Source: a virus. From it: DNA of 64,000 nt. Of the stretch, positions 47,858-56,693 are shown in pieces. Both the position numbers and the translations under genes were made by a program. How positions within the stretch are numbered: the first letter of the stretch is position 1; each line of letters starts with the position of its first letter. The notes beneath the pieces are model-generated. The model was not told the origin of the DNA. It ran no database searches and saw only the letters and a program-made list of their open reading frames with translations. The stretch lies in the IMG/VR virus record IMGVR_UViG_3300017960_000001, positions 30,120 through 94,119 of that record; one strand, given 5' to 3'.

Positions 47858-48050
47858 GAGCTGCGGCGCCGAGATCATTTGGGCAAAGACGCAGAAGGGG
47901 AAGGCGATCCCGCTCGACCCCAAGCCGGAGAAACGGGTCGTGCTCGAGCATCCCGACGGTCCGATGTTCGACGCGGTGGCGACGGTGGTCGACACCTACG
48001 TCAGCCACTTCGCCACGTGCCCGGACGCGGACAAACACCGCCGACGCTGA
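47844..48050 (+). CDS. Small Zn-finger protein
   Basis: CKSCGAEIIW..T..GK.IPLD...SHFATC; AAGGAGG SD. Confidence 0.7.
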   Translation: MPTCKSCGAEIIWAKTQKGKAIPLDPKPEKRVVLEHPDGPMFDAVATVVDTYVSHFATCPDADKHRRR

Positions 48051-48081
48051 CGCGGTCGGCGACAACTACGAAGGGGACACC

Positions 48082-49320
48082 ATGACCAGCAAACTGATCC
48101 GATTGGAGGCGACCAACTTCAAACGCCTCAGGGCGGTCGAGATTCGGCCGTCCGAGTCCGGGGTGACCGTGGTCGCGGGGAACAACGCGCAGGGCAAGTC
48201 GTCCGTGCTGGACGCGATCCAAGCTGCGCTCGGTGGCGGACACGCGGCGCCGACCAAGCCGGTGCGCGACGGCGAGAAAAAAGCTCTCGTCGTGTGCGAG
48301 CTGGACGACCTCACGATCCGCCGGTCGTTCACCACCAACAAGGGGGGCGGGACTCTCACAGTGACGGCCACCGACGGGGCGAAACTCCGCACGCCGCAGA
48401 AGGTGCTGGACCGGCTGTATTCGAGCCTGTCCTTCGACCCGTTGGCGTTCACCCGGATGGGGCCCACCGACCAAGCGAACGAGGTGCAGCGCATCGCCGG
48501 GATCGATGTCGACGACCTCCGCAAGTTGCACGCCGAGCAGTACGCCGCCCGGCGGGCCGAGCGGCAGGACGTGAAACGCCTCGAGGCGAAGCTCGCCGAG
48601 ATGCCGCACCACGACGACGCCCCCGACGAGGAGGTGTCGTTGGAGGATCTCGAACTGGAACAGGCCGCCGCGGTCAAGGCGCACGGTGAGAGAATCGTGG
48701 CGCAGGGCGAGGTCGACCGGTTGCGGAAGGACTACGACGAAATCTGCGAACGGATCGCAGGGTTGGTCGACGAACGCGAGCGGATCCGCGACGCCGGACG
48801 CGAGGCCAAGGAACGGCTCGACGCGATGCCGGATGTCGACCGCGACGCGATCGCCGAGCGCATCGCCGACGCGGCATCGATCAACCAGAAGGTGCGGGAC
48901 AACCTCGCCCGGGCCGGCGCCCTCGGCGAGTTGGACGGGCACCGCGCGAACGCGGCGACGCACGACGACCAGCTGAAACAACTGAAACAGCAGATCGACG
49001 ACGCGATCGCCGCGGCCGATCTACCGGTGGACGGGCTGGCCTTCACCGAGGACGGCGTGACGTTGGACGGTGTGCCGTTCGCGCAAGCGTCCCAGGCTGA
49101 GCAGTTGCGGGCGTCGGTTGCGATGGGGATCGCCGCCAACCCGGAGTTGAAGCTCCTCTTGATCCGCGACGGCTCGCTCCTCGACGACGCGCACCTGAAA
49201 CTCGTCGCCGAACTCGCCGAGGCCCACGGGATGCAGATCCTGATCGAGCGGGTCGGCACCGACGACCCGGCCGCGGTGATCATCGAGGACGGATCGATCG
49301 TGGACGGGGGGGCGGAATGA
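48082..49320 (+). CDS. SMC/Rad50-like ABC-type ATPase
   Basis: NFK, GNNAQGKS Walker A, coiled coil, ASQAEQ signature, LLIRDGSLLD. Confidence 0.85.
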   Translation: MTSKLIRLEATNFKRLRAVEIRPSESGVTVVAGNNAQGKSSVLDAIQAALGGGHAAPTKPVRDGEKKALVVCELDDLTIRRSFTTNKGGGTLTVTATDGAKLRTPQKVLDRLYSSLSFDPLAFTRMGPTDQANEVQRIAGIDVDDLRKLHAEQYAARRAERQDVKRLEAKLAEMPHHDDAPDEEVSLEDLELEQAAAVKAHGERIVAQGEVDRLRKDYDEICERIAGLVDERERIRDAGREAKERLDAMPDVDRDAIAERIADAASINQKVRDNLARAGALGELDGHRANAATHDDQLKQLKQQIDDAIAAADLPVDGLAFTEDGVTLDGVPFAQASQAEQLRASVAMGIAANPELKLLLIRDGSLLDDAHLKLVAELAEAHGMQILIERVGTDDPAAVIIEDGSIVDGGAE

Positions 49321-49538
49321 ACCCCCGGAACTACTGCCCGCGGTGCCGCTCTTGGTACCTCGCCGAGGACGGGTATTGCGAGTGCGAGGACTACACCGAC
49401 GAACAGCTGGCCGCCGGCGAGGCCGCCGCGGAGGAGGCCGCGATCGCCCGGTACGAGGACAGCCTCGAACCCGACGACCACGCCGCCGACCTCGCGGCCG
49501 ACGCCTACGAGCGGGACATCGAGCGGGGGTGGCCGTGA
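49317..49538 (+). CDS. Small acidic Cys protein
   Basis: CPRC..CEC; ATGA overlap. Confidence 0.55.
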   Translation: MNPRNYCPRCRSWYLAEDGYCECEDYTDEQLAAGEAAAEEAAIARYEDSLEPDDHAADLAADAYERDIERGWP

Positions 49539-50035
49539 CCGTCCGCGCTCTGAACTACGACAAGGGACCCTGGCCCTTCTGCGAAGTGTGCCGCACCGCA
49601 CGGGCCGCACGTCGACCGGTGGCCCGAGGAGGTGACGAGAATCAGCCTGAGGTGGTATGGTTGGAACTGCCCGACGGCGATCGCATGGTGCGTCGCCGTG
49701 TGATCGTGTGCGAAGAGTGCTTGCGGGCGGGGCGCTTCGAGGAAACCCGGGAGGAAACGCTGCACCGGTTGTCGACTCCGGCTAGTCACGCGGGGTCGTT
49801 CGTCGGTGATGAGCACGGGCTCGAAGGGTGGACCGAGTTGAAGGGTCGGTTGGCCGACCTGACCCGGGGCACCCGCGAGGGCTTGTTTTTCCGGCGTCAC
49901 CCGGAGGGGAGAACCGACCATGGACCTAGTCAATCAGCTACTCACACCTCAGGTGCTCGCAATCTCCGCGGCGATCGTCGCATTGCTCTGGGGGGTCGGG
50001 CAGGTCAAGCTCGGCAAGGGCAAGCTCGCGGATAA
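49535..50035 (+). CDS. Hypothetical Zn-finger protein
   Basis: CEVC...CEEC; tail overlaps the holin gene. Confidence 0.4.
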   Translation: MTVRALNYDKGPWPFCEVCRTARAARRPVARGGDENQPEVVWLELPDGDRMVRRRVIVCEECLRAGRFEETREETLHRLSTPASHAGSFVGDEHGLEGWTELKGRLADLTRGTREGLFFRRHPEGRTDHGPSQSATHTSGARNLRGDRRIALGGRAGQARQGQARG

Positions 50036-50237
50036 CAAGTGGTGGCGCAAGTTCCTGCCGATCATCCCGCTTGCGCTCGGTGTCGCGGGCGCGTTCGCGG
50101 TGGGCCAGTTTGGCGACGGCGCCGAGAAGGTACAGGAACCGATCCTCACTGGATTGTGGGCCGGGTTCGTCGCGGCGCACGGCCGCAAGATTATCAAGCG
50201 GCTGGTGAAGGACAAGCTGGGAGGCGATGAAAAATGA
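49920..50237 (+). CDS. Putative holin
   Basis: 105 aa, three hydrophobic segments, basic C-terminus. Confidence 0.7.
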   Translation: MDLVNQLLTPQVLAISAAIVALLWGVGQVKLGKGKLADNKWWRKFLPIIPLALGVAGAFAVGQFGDGAEKVQEPILTGLWAGFVAAHGRKIIKRLVKDKLGGDEK

Positions 50238-50629
50238 AGTGCCAGGGATTCCGACCGGCCGAGGTGATCCGTTGGTTTGGTGCGCGGCCGACGTGGCAGA
50301 AAGTCCTGCTCGCGGTGCCGTTGGTTTTGGCGTTGGTCGCCGCCGTGCTGTGGTTCGTGATGCGGGGCCGACCGTCGGCACCGGGGACGGTGATCACCGC
50401 GGCCGGTGACGCGCACGATCGGGGCGTGGCCGACGCGCTCGAACGGATCGACGCTCGGGACAGGGAGGCCGCCGCCGTGTCCGAACGTGAACGGGCCGAG
50501 CGCGACGCGCGCAAGGCCGAGGGCGCCGCGGCTGCGGCGCGACGGGAGGAGGATCATGCTGCGATTGATGACGCTAGCTCTATTGGTGACGTCGACGCTG
50601 TGGTGTACGGTCGCCGGCGCCGACGATGA
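50234..50629 (+). CDS. Inner-membrane spanin-like protein
   Basis: N-terminal TM followed by coiled coil; follows the holin. Confidence 0.5.
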   Translation: MKCQGFRPAEVIRWFGARPTWQKVLLAVPLVLALVAAVLWFVMRGRPSAPGTVITAAGDAHDRGVADALERIDARDREAAAVSERERAERDARKAEGAAAAARREEDHAAIDDASSIGDVDAVVYGRRRRR

Positions 50630-51035
50630 GCTTTTATTGGCCCCGCCTGAGTGGAGTCGGCCGGACCTGATCACACCACCGCTCGGCAAGGTAGTCGAGA
50701 TCGACGGGCTCGAACACAAGTGTTTCTCGCCGCCGGAGTGGAAGGTGCTCGGCCACCTGATCGTAGACTACCGCGACCTCTGGCTCGCGTCGGTCCGGTG
50801 GGAAGCAGACCGGGCGAGCTTCGCCCGGGACCTCGCGGCGAAGGACGTCCGAATCCAGGCCGGGCTCGATCGGGCCGCCGTGCTCGCCGGCGATCGAGAT
50901 TTCTGGCGCGACACCGCGAAGGCTCTGGACAAGCACCGGCTCGAACTGGACCGGCGGCACCGGTCGACTGGTTGGATCCCGTGGGCGATCGTCGTCCTCG
51001 AAGCAGGGTTCATCGTGGTGCAGGGGTTCCAATGA
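50556..51035 (+). CDS. Secreted/membrane spanin-like partner
   Basis: GGAGGA SD inside the upstream gene; signal peptide, coiled coil, C-terminal hydrophobic segment. Confidence 0.5.
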   Translation: MLRLMTLALLVTSTLWCTVAGADDELLLAPPEWSRPDLITPPLGKVVEIDGLEHKCFSPPEWKVLGHLIVDYRDLWLASVRWEADRASFARDLAAKDVRIQAGLDRAAVLAGDRDFWRDTAKALDKHRLELDRRHRSTGWIPWAIVVLEAGFIVVQGFQ

Positions 51036-51502
51036 GCTACCCGATCGACGCCGACGGAACCGAGGCGATCCTGCTCGCGGTGGTCACCAAGGATCCGGTC
51101 GTCCTCCCGGGCGTGCCGGATGAACACCTCGAGGTGGCCGTCGAGGGGCGCACAGTCGCCCGCCTCGCCTGGGAGGGCACCGCACACCGGGTCGTAGCTC
51201 TCCGCTGTCACAGGGCGGCTCACGGCGTCCTGCCCGCATTCAAACGGCTAGCCGACAAGCTCGAAGAACTGTCCGGGCAGCGCATCGATCCCGAGGACTG
51301 TGAAACGTGCGGCGGTACCGGGTGGGTCCCGGTCGACAAGCCGGAGGCTCGGACGGTCGCCACCGCGGCTCTGTTCTTGCGAATGTTCCGGGGGATCGTT
51401 CTCTCGAAGGACACCGACGCCCTCGAAAAGTTGAAGGACCACGTCGACGCGGGGACCATGTTCGGCAGCCTCCTCGGCGGATTCAACAACGACGCCCGAT
51501 AG
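51032..51502 (+). CDS. Hypothetical protein with CxxCxGxG motif
   Basis: CETCGGTG; ATGA overlap. Confidence 0.6.
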   Translation: MSYPIDADGTEAILLAVVTKDPVVLPGVPDEHLEVAVEGRTVARLAWEGTAHRVVALRCHRAAHGVLPAFKRLADKLEELSGQRIDPEDCETCGGTGWVPVDKPEARTVATAALFLRMFRGIVLSKDTDALEKLKDHVDAGTMFGSLLGGFNNDAR

Positions 51503-51554
51503 GACTCTCACTCACAACCTTTGACACGGATCGCCGCGGGTATTACAAAGGGGA

Positions 51555-52046
51555 ATGGCGAACCGTCGCCGGGGCTGCACTGAGCGGATTTTTCGAGCGG
51601 TAATTGAAACCGTGAAGGGGAACCGTCGCCCGGCGACCCGCCGCGAGGTTCAGGAGTTCTGCGCGGTGTCGTCCGCCACCGCCCGCCGCGAGCTTGAGAG
51701 GTTGAGGGGCGCCGGCCGATTGTGGCGGGTGCCGATCATCGACCCCGATCAGGAGGGGGGCAAGTCCCGCCGCGGATACCTGCCCACCGACGACCGGCTC
51801 GTCGGCAACATTGCGATCGGCGAGTGCGACGTCGACGGGTGCATCGCGGTACCGGTGATCATGCTGACCCGGGGCGGCCGGAGGTGGAAACTTTGCCGGC
51901 GGTGCATGCGGGGATTCGACGAGGCCACCGGGCGCGGGTTCGGCGGGCCCACCGACGAACGAGCTTACAGCCTGTCGTTGTCCGCGGGACGCACGTCCTC
52001 GGCGTTGTTTTGCGGGGGGTGGGAACCGCCGACCGGGGACGACTAG
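51555..52046 (+). CDS. Winged-HTH (LexA-N-like) plus Zn-finger protein
   Basis: PATRREVQEFCAVSSATARRELERL; CDVDGC..CRRC; TTGACA at 51521. Confidence 0.6.
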   Translation: MANRRRGCTERIFRAVIETVKGNRRPATRREVQEFCAVSSATARRELERLRGAGRLWRVPIIDPDQEGGKSRRGYLPTDDRLVGNIAIGECDVDGCIAVPVIMLTRGGRRWKLCRRCMRGFDEATGRGFGGPTDERAYSLSLSAGRTSSALFCGGWEPPTGDD

Positions 52047-52235
52047 CTCAGACATGCCAGCCAGGGGCCAGTGAGTCTCGCAGCAAGCCCGACCAGGGAA
52101 GGAATTTAGAGGGCCAATGATTACGGGGGTTTGCGCCGAAGCCAAAGGGACTGGTCAGCCAGTCGCAGCCAGGTAAGGGGCAGCGAAGGGGCAGGGAAGG
52201 TCGCAGCTGGACCAGTGGCAAGCCGGGCGCAAGGG

Positions 52236-52265
52236 TTGACAACGGGACACAAACGGACATAGAAT
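52236..52265 (+). promoter_or_regulatory. Sigma70 promoter with AACGG(G)ACA direct repeats in the spacer
   Basis: TTGACA-18 bp-TAGAAT. Confidence 0.7.
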
Positions 52266-52275
52266 GCTAATCAGG

Positions 52276-52692
52276 ATGGCAATGGACCACGACAGGGCGC
52301 TGAAGGTCGCCGCGGTTGCGAAACGACTCAGCGTCACAGAGAAGATGGTCCGCGAGCTATTGAGGCGCGGCACGTTGCCCGGGTTCAAGATTGGTCGGGC
52401 GTGGCGTGTCGCAGAGTCAACCGTCGACGACGTGATCGCAGGTCGGTTGTCGTTGGAGGTTGGAGGGCAAGATGCGACCCCAGGATCTTTACATCGAGGC
52501 GACGCACACCCGGACGGAAACGGAGGAGGAAAAGTTGCAGCGCCAGCTGGAACTGCTCACCACCGAACGGCAACGGGACAAGCGGACGATTCGCCGGTTG
52601 GAGGATCTCGCCGACCGCCAAGCGCAGGAGTTGCTGCGATTGCGGCGTCGGCCGATCCCTGCCGCGGAGGTGCCGGCGCCCTGAAGGTGTGA
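52276..52692 (+). CDS. Excisionase-like HTH_17 DNA-binding protein
   Basis: LKVAAVAKRLSVTEKMVRELLRRGTLPGFKIGRAWRV. Confidence 0.8.
   Translation: MAMDHDRALKVAAVAKRLSVTEKMVRELLRRGTLPGFKIGRAWRVAESTVDDVIAGRLSLEVGGQDATPGSLHRGDAHPDGNGGGKVAAPAGTAHHRTATGQADDSPVGGSRRPPSAGVAAIAASADPCRGGAGALKV
52472..52684 (+). CDS. Small coiled-coil protein nested in the HTH ORF tail
   Basis: GGAGGG SD; heptad pattern. Confidence 0.55.
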   Translation: MRPQDLYIEATHTRTETEEEKLQRQLELLTTERQRDKRTIRRLEDLADRQAQELLRLRRRPIPAAEVPAP

Positions 52693-52767
52693 CGCGACCT
52701 CACGGAAGGGGGTTCGACCGCGCGACGGACACCGCGCGACTAGATAGCTTTTCCGGTTCGGGGAACG

Positions 52768-52992
52768 GTGCCGCGGGTGGCGGCCGGCAAAGGGGCGCCG
52801 CCGTGGCCCGCGGGACCTGACCCCGTCCGACACAGGAGGGCACCGTTGGATCCGTTCGAGTTGTTCTGGGCGATCGTGTGTTGGATCGTGATCGTGTTCG
52901 CGGTGGTGCTCATCATTGTGTCGTTGGTCGACATCTGGCTCCGATCGTATCGTGGCCGAGGAATGGACCTGCCCCGCCGCAAGGAAAAGTGA
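52768..52992 (+). CDS. Small membrane protein (start uncertain)
   Basis: One strong TM segment; AGGAGG upstream of TTG ~52846. Confidence 0.5.
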   Translation: MPRVAAGKGAPPWPAGPDPVRHRRAPLDPFELFWAIVCWIVIVFAVVLIIVSLVDIWLRSYRGRGMDLPRRKEK

Positions 52993-53663
52993 TGTTCGAG
53001 CTAACGCACCCCGGATCAGAGGCCGGGGGCCGGGCCGAATCGGATCACTATCCCACCCCGCCGCTACTGGCGAAGCGAGGCGTTCAGCTGGCGCTCGAGC
53101 TACACGGTCTGCGGGCGATCCCTCTGTTCCTCGTCGAGCCCGGTTGTGGTGACCGGGCACCGTTCTGCCGGTGGGCCCTCGACGCGGGGATGGTAGCCCG
53201 CGGGATCGAGGCCCGCGACATCGACCCGCCGACGTTCCCTGACATCGCCGAGGAGCAGGTCTGGGAAGGGTTCCGGTTCAGCGGTGGGGCGGACTACCTG
53301 ACCATGGAGAAACCCGACGAGCGCGCCGACCTAATCGTCACCAACCCCCCCTTCTCTCTCGCCGAGGAGTTCGTGCGGCGCGCGATCGAGAAGTGGGTCA
53401 CGCCGACCGGGCTTGTGGTGATGCTACTCAAAACCAGTTTCGAGGCGTCGAACGACCGGCGGGAGTTCTGGCGCAAGCACCCGGCGATCTTCCGGTACGT
53501 GATCCGACCGCGTCCGGGGTTCACCGGTTCCGGCAACGACTCCGGCGAGTATGCTTTCTTCGTTTGGCCGGGGCCCGCCCTCGGCCGCAAGCTGAGCCGG
53601 ATCGGCAGGGCGTGGTGCGAGACTCGCTACATCGACAACGACGGACCTTGGAGGAAGGCATGA
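52992..53663 (+). CDS. DNA amino-methyltransferase (N6-A/N4-C)
   Basis: DHYPTPP, VEPGCG (motif I), IVTNPPF (motif IV), RPGF, EYAFFVW. Confidence 0.85.
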   Translation: MFELTHPGSEAGGRAESDHYPTPPLLAKRGVQLALELHGLRAIPLFLVEPGCGDRAPFCRWALDAGMVARGIEARDIDPPTFPDIAEEQVWEGFRFSGGADYLTMEKPDERADLIVTNPPFSLAEEFVRRAIEKWVTPTGLVVMLLKTSFEASNDRREFWRKHPAIFRYVIRPRPGFTGSGNDSGEYAFFVWPGPALGRKLSRIGRAWCETRYIDNDGPWRKA

Positions 53664-54220
53664 CCTCAGACCAGCTGCCGGCCGCCGTGCTGGCGATCGA
53701 CCCGGGGACGGAACGTAGCGCGGTGGTGATGTACCGCCCTGCCGAGCAACGCTTCCAGTGGGCTGAGTGGATGCTGAACCCCGACGTCCTAACCATGATG
53801 CGAAGGTACGGGCGGGAGGCCGGCGGGCTACACGTGGCGATCGAGGACATCCAGAGCTTCGGGCTCGAGGTGGGCCGGTCGACGTTCGAAACCTGCGTCT
53901 GGATCGGACGGTTCGCCGAGGCGTTCGAGGGCGCCGCGCCGGGTCGGAACCAACCCGCGACGATGGTGAGCCGGCGGGACGTGAAGATCGTCCTGTGTGG
54001 GCGCATGACCTACAAGGATCCGCGGACCGGCAACCAGAAAAAGGTCGGCGATTCAGAGGTGCGGCGGGCGGTGCTCGGGAGGTTCCCGGCGACGGGGGGC
54101 GGGTCGACACCGCAGGTCGGCACCAAGAAGCAGCCCGGTCCGTGCTACTGTCTACGTGGAGATCAGGGGCACAAGTATCAGGCCGCGGCGATCGCGGTGA
54201 CCTACATCGAGACGAGGTGA
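53660..54220 (+). CDS. RuvC-like Holliday junction resolvase
   Basis: LAIDPG, VAIED, WIGRF.E. Confidence 0.8.
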   Translation: MTSDQLPAAVLAIDPGTERSAVVMYRPAEQRFQWAEWMLNPDVLTMMRRYGREAGGLHVAIEDIQSFGLEVGRSTFETCVWIGRFAEAFEGAAPGRNQPATMVSRRDVKIVLCGRMTYKDPRTGNQKKVGDSEVRRAVLGRFPATGGGSTPQVGTKKQPGPCYCLRGDQGHKYQAAAIAVTYIETR

Positions 54221-54224
54221 GCAG

Positions 54225-54572
54225 ATGGCAGACGAGCGGGCGGTGATGTTCGGGCCGGTGTGCCCGGTGATCGAGCAAGGCGACGAGCTTTGGAACGTGG
54301 AGATCGGTGACGTCGCCGGCGAGCCTGCAATGGCCGGGATGTCAGCGGTCCGGGTGCAGCTGGTCGGCAAGCATGCTGAGTTCGTGATGGGGGTTCTGCC
54401 GTTGGCGGTGGTGATGGCACCGACACAGGACGACGCGATCAAGGCGTCGGTCGGCAGGTTGCACGCATACGCCCGGTACCTCGACAAGCTCGCCGGCGGT
54501 GCACGCGAGTTCGCCGGCGCGATCGAGAAGCTCGCCGAGGAGGGGGGCGTGGACAAGTGCATCGTGCAATAA
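54225..54572 (+). CDS. Hypothetical protein
   Basis: GAGGTG SD. Confidence 0.6.
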   Translation: MADERAVMFGPVCPVIEQGDELWNVEIGDVAGEPAMAGMSAVRVQLVGKHAEFVMGVLPLAVVMAPTQDDAIKASVGRLHAYARYLDKLAGGAREFAGAIEKLAEEGGVDKCIVQ

Positions 54573-55120
54573 CACTCTGGCCTGAGTGGGCGTGGGCCGT
54601 TTGCTACCTCGGCAAGAACGTCGAGAACCGACCATGGAAACCTCCGATCCCGGCGGGCTCTCACCTCGCAATCCACGCGGGCAAGAACCCCGGCGGGACC
54701 GGCCGGCTCGGCGAGGCGATGGGGTCGATCAAGCTGCTCGTCGAGGCGGCGATGCGAGCGGGGTGGACCGGCACCGCGAAGATGATCGCCGACAAGCCAG
54801 GGCACGCCGACATCGAGATCGATTTCCGGCGGTACGAGCCCGGCTCGCTGATCGAAACCGAGGCCACGTTGAAGCTCAGCGAGATCACCCGCGGGGCGGT
54901 GGTCGCCATGGCCGAGCTTGGACACTTCACCTCGCCGGCGGCGCTCAATTCACCATGGGCCGCGGGCGGTCCGATGTGGGCGTGGCCGTTGCAGGACGTG
55001 CTCGTTCTGAAGCAGCCGATCCCGTGTCGGGGTGCTCAACGGTTGTGGTTCCTGCCGCCGGCGGTAGAATCAGAGTTGCGAGTGCAGCTCGCAGACGACG
55101 AAGGAGGGATCGATGCCTGA
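54557..55120 (+). CDS. ASCH domain protein
   Basis: AITLWPEWAW....GKNVENRPW...LAIHAG...PIPCRGAQRLW. Confidence 0.85.
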   Translation: MHRAITLWPEWAWAVCYLGKNVENRPWKPPIPAGSHLAIHAGKNPGGTGRLGEAMGSIKLLVEAAMRAGWTGTAKMIADKPGHADIEIDFRRYEPGSLIETEATLKLSEITRGAVVAMAELGHFTSPAALNSPWAAGGPMWAWPLQDVLVLKQPIPCRGAQRLWFLPPAVESELRVQLADDEGGIDA

Positions 55121-55787
55121 CAGCGGCAAAGAGGGGCCGAGCAGGGGGCAGCTCTACAAGTGGGCGCGCGAGGCTGGCGCGGCGTTCGTCGCGGCGGTGA
55201 TCTATTGGTGGAAGCGGGCGCTGGTCGCCGAGCGCGATCGGGACGAGGCGATCGCCGAGCGGACAGAATGGTTCACTCGCGCAGGCGTCGCACGGACCCA
55301 GGTCCACCAGCTCGAGCGGGACGGCGTCGAGGTGCGCGGGAATCTCGCCGCAGCCCAAAGGAAGATCGCCGAGTTGGGGGCAGAGCTGGCCGACAAGACC
55401 GCCTACCTCGAGGGCCAGCTGGAACGCGAGTGCGAGCAACGTCGGCGGGCGGTCGAACGTGCGAAGGAGTACGAGGCGGCAGCGAAACGCACGATCAAAG
55501 CCGAACGGAAAAAGGCCAAGGACGACAGCCTTCGCCGGCAGTTGGAGGACGCACACGCGGACATCCGACGGCTGCGACGCGAGGCTGAGGGACACGTGCG
55601 GAGGTTCGACGTCGCCAAACGCGAGAACGACGAACGGGCCGACGGTCTGCGCGAGAGGATCAAGCGGCTCGAATCCGAGTTGAAACCGCACCGCATACGC
55701 GAGGCTGCTCAACGGGCGGCGGCGGCGAAACGTGCGGCCGCGGAGAAGTCAGCGGCGTCCGGTCCACCGACCGCCCGGGACCTGTGA
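55113..55787 (+). CDS. Coiled-coil protein with N-terminal hydrophobic patch
   Basis: Long heptad repeats. Confidence 0.65.
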   Translation: MPDSGKEGPSRGQLYKWAREAGAAFVAAVIYWWKRALVAERDRDEAIAERTEWFTRAGVARTQVHQLERDGVEVRGNLAAAQRKIAELGAELADKTAYLEGQLERECEQRRRAVERAKEYEAAAKRTIKAERKKAKDDSLRRQLEDAHADIRRLRREAEGHVRRFDVAKRENDERADGLRERIKRLESELKPHRIREAAQRAAAAKRAAAEKSAASGPPTARDL

Positions 55788-56077
55788 AAATGGACCAACG
55801 CCAACCCCGAAACAAACGCCTCATGATCCGGCTCACGCAGGACGAGAAAGTCCAGCTGGCCTCGATGGCGAAGGCCGCCGGCGCTCGCAACGTGTCCGAC
55901 TTCGTCCGCGGTCGGATGCTCGAACCCGAGGCGGCGGCCGACGAGCTTGCCCGATTGCGCGCCGACCTCGCGGTAGAGCGCGAGGCCCGGGCCGCGGCGG
56001 ACCGACGCGCAATGAAGGTCCTGACCCTAGAGAGAGAGGTTGAGCGGCTACGGAAGAAGCTCGCCGCCGATCGCTGA
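55784..56077 (+). CDS. Ribbon-helix-helix (MobC-like) DNA-binding protein
   Basis: RNKRLMIRLTQDEK...A..AG..NVSDFVR. Confidence 0.75.
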   Translation: MKMDQRQPRNKRLMIRLTQDEKVQLASMAKAAGARNVSDFVRGRMLEPEAAADELARLRADLAVEREARAAADRRAMKVLTLEREVERLRKKLAADR

Positions 56078-56100
56078 AGCCCCCGCCGAGTATAGCCAAG

Positions 56101-56175
56101 AAAAATTCAGCAGGACCCGTGTCTTTTTTTGTTGACGCGACCGGTGCAGCGTGCCATGATTTACTCATGATGACG
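56101..56175 (+). promoter_or_regulatory. Early promoter P5
   Basis: TTGACG 56132-37, 17 bp, TGc-CATGAT 56155-60, ATGATGACG at 56167. Confidence 0.85.
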
Positions 56176-56679
56176 CACACCAAACACACAAACCGCGGGG
56201 AGGCTGAAATGGCTCGCACTGTTATTTTCACGATGGGTCTGCCGGGCGCCGGCAAAAGCACCGTTGCTAACCGCATTCACCCCGACGCCGCTTGGATCGA
56301 CCCGGACGAGATTAAAAAGTCCCACCCCGATTACGACCCCAAGAACCCCGGCGCGATCCACGCCTGGTCCCAGGATGAGACCGAGCGGGTTTGGAATAAC
56401 CTCCTCGCCGGGAACACCGACGACGACGAGACTATCATGGACGGCACCGGCACCAACGCCGAGAAAATGATTCGCCGCATCCGGCAAGCACGGGCCGCCG
56501 GATTCCGCACCGCGCTGCTCTACGTGCGGGTCGGGTTGGACGTCGCAATCTACCGCAACGCCAACCGGTCGCGGGTCGTCCCCGAGCACATCATTCGCCG
56601 CAAGGCTCTGGACATCACCACCGCGTTCGACCTCTGCTCCGGCGAGGTCGACACGATTAACGTAGTCAACAACGACTAA
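56167..56679 (+). CDS. Zeta-toxin/AAA_33-like P-loop kinase (starts 56167/56209)
   Basis: GLPGAGKST, IDPDEIK, IMDGTG, R...R.R.VP lid. Confidence 0.8.
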   Translation: MMTHTKHTNRGEAEMARTVIFTMGLPGAGKSTVANRIHPDAAWIDPDEIKKSHPDYDPKNPGAIHAWSQDETERVWNNLLAGNTDDDETIMDGTGTNAEKMIRRIRQARAAGFRTALLYVRVGLDVAIYRNANRSRVVPEHIIRRKALDITTAFDLCSGEVDTINVVNND

Positions 56680-56693
56680 AAACGGAGGGCACA

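Noticed and set aside
52276-52460. Evidence of lysogeny from the excisionase-like HTH
   Set aside because: No integrase or att site was identified, and HTH_17 proteins are also common as plain regulators
55784-56679. RHH plus zeta kinase as a type II toxin-antitoxin pair
   Set aside because: Promoter P5 separates them, and the RHH gene is coupled to the upstream operon
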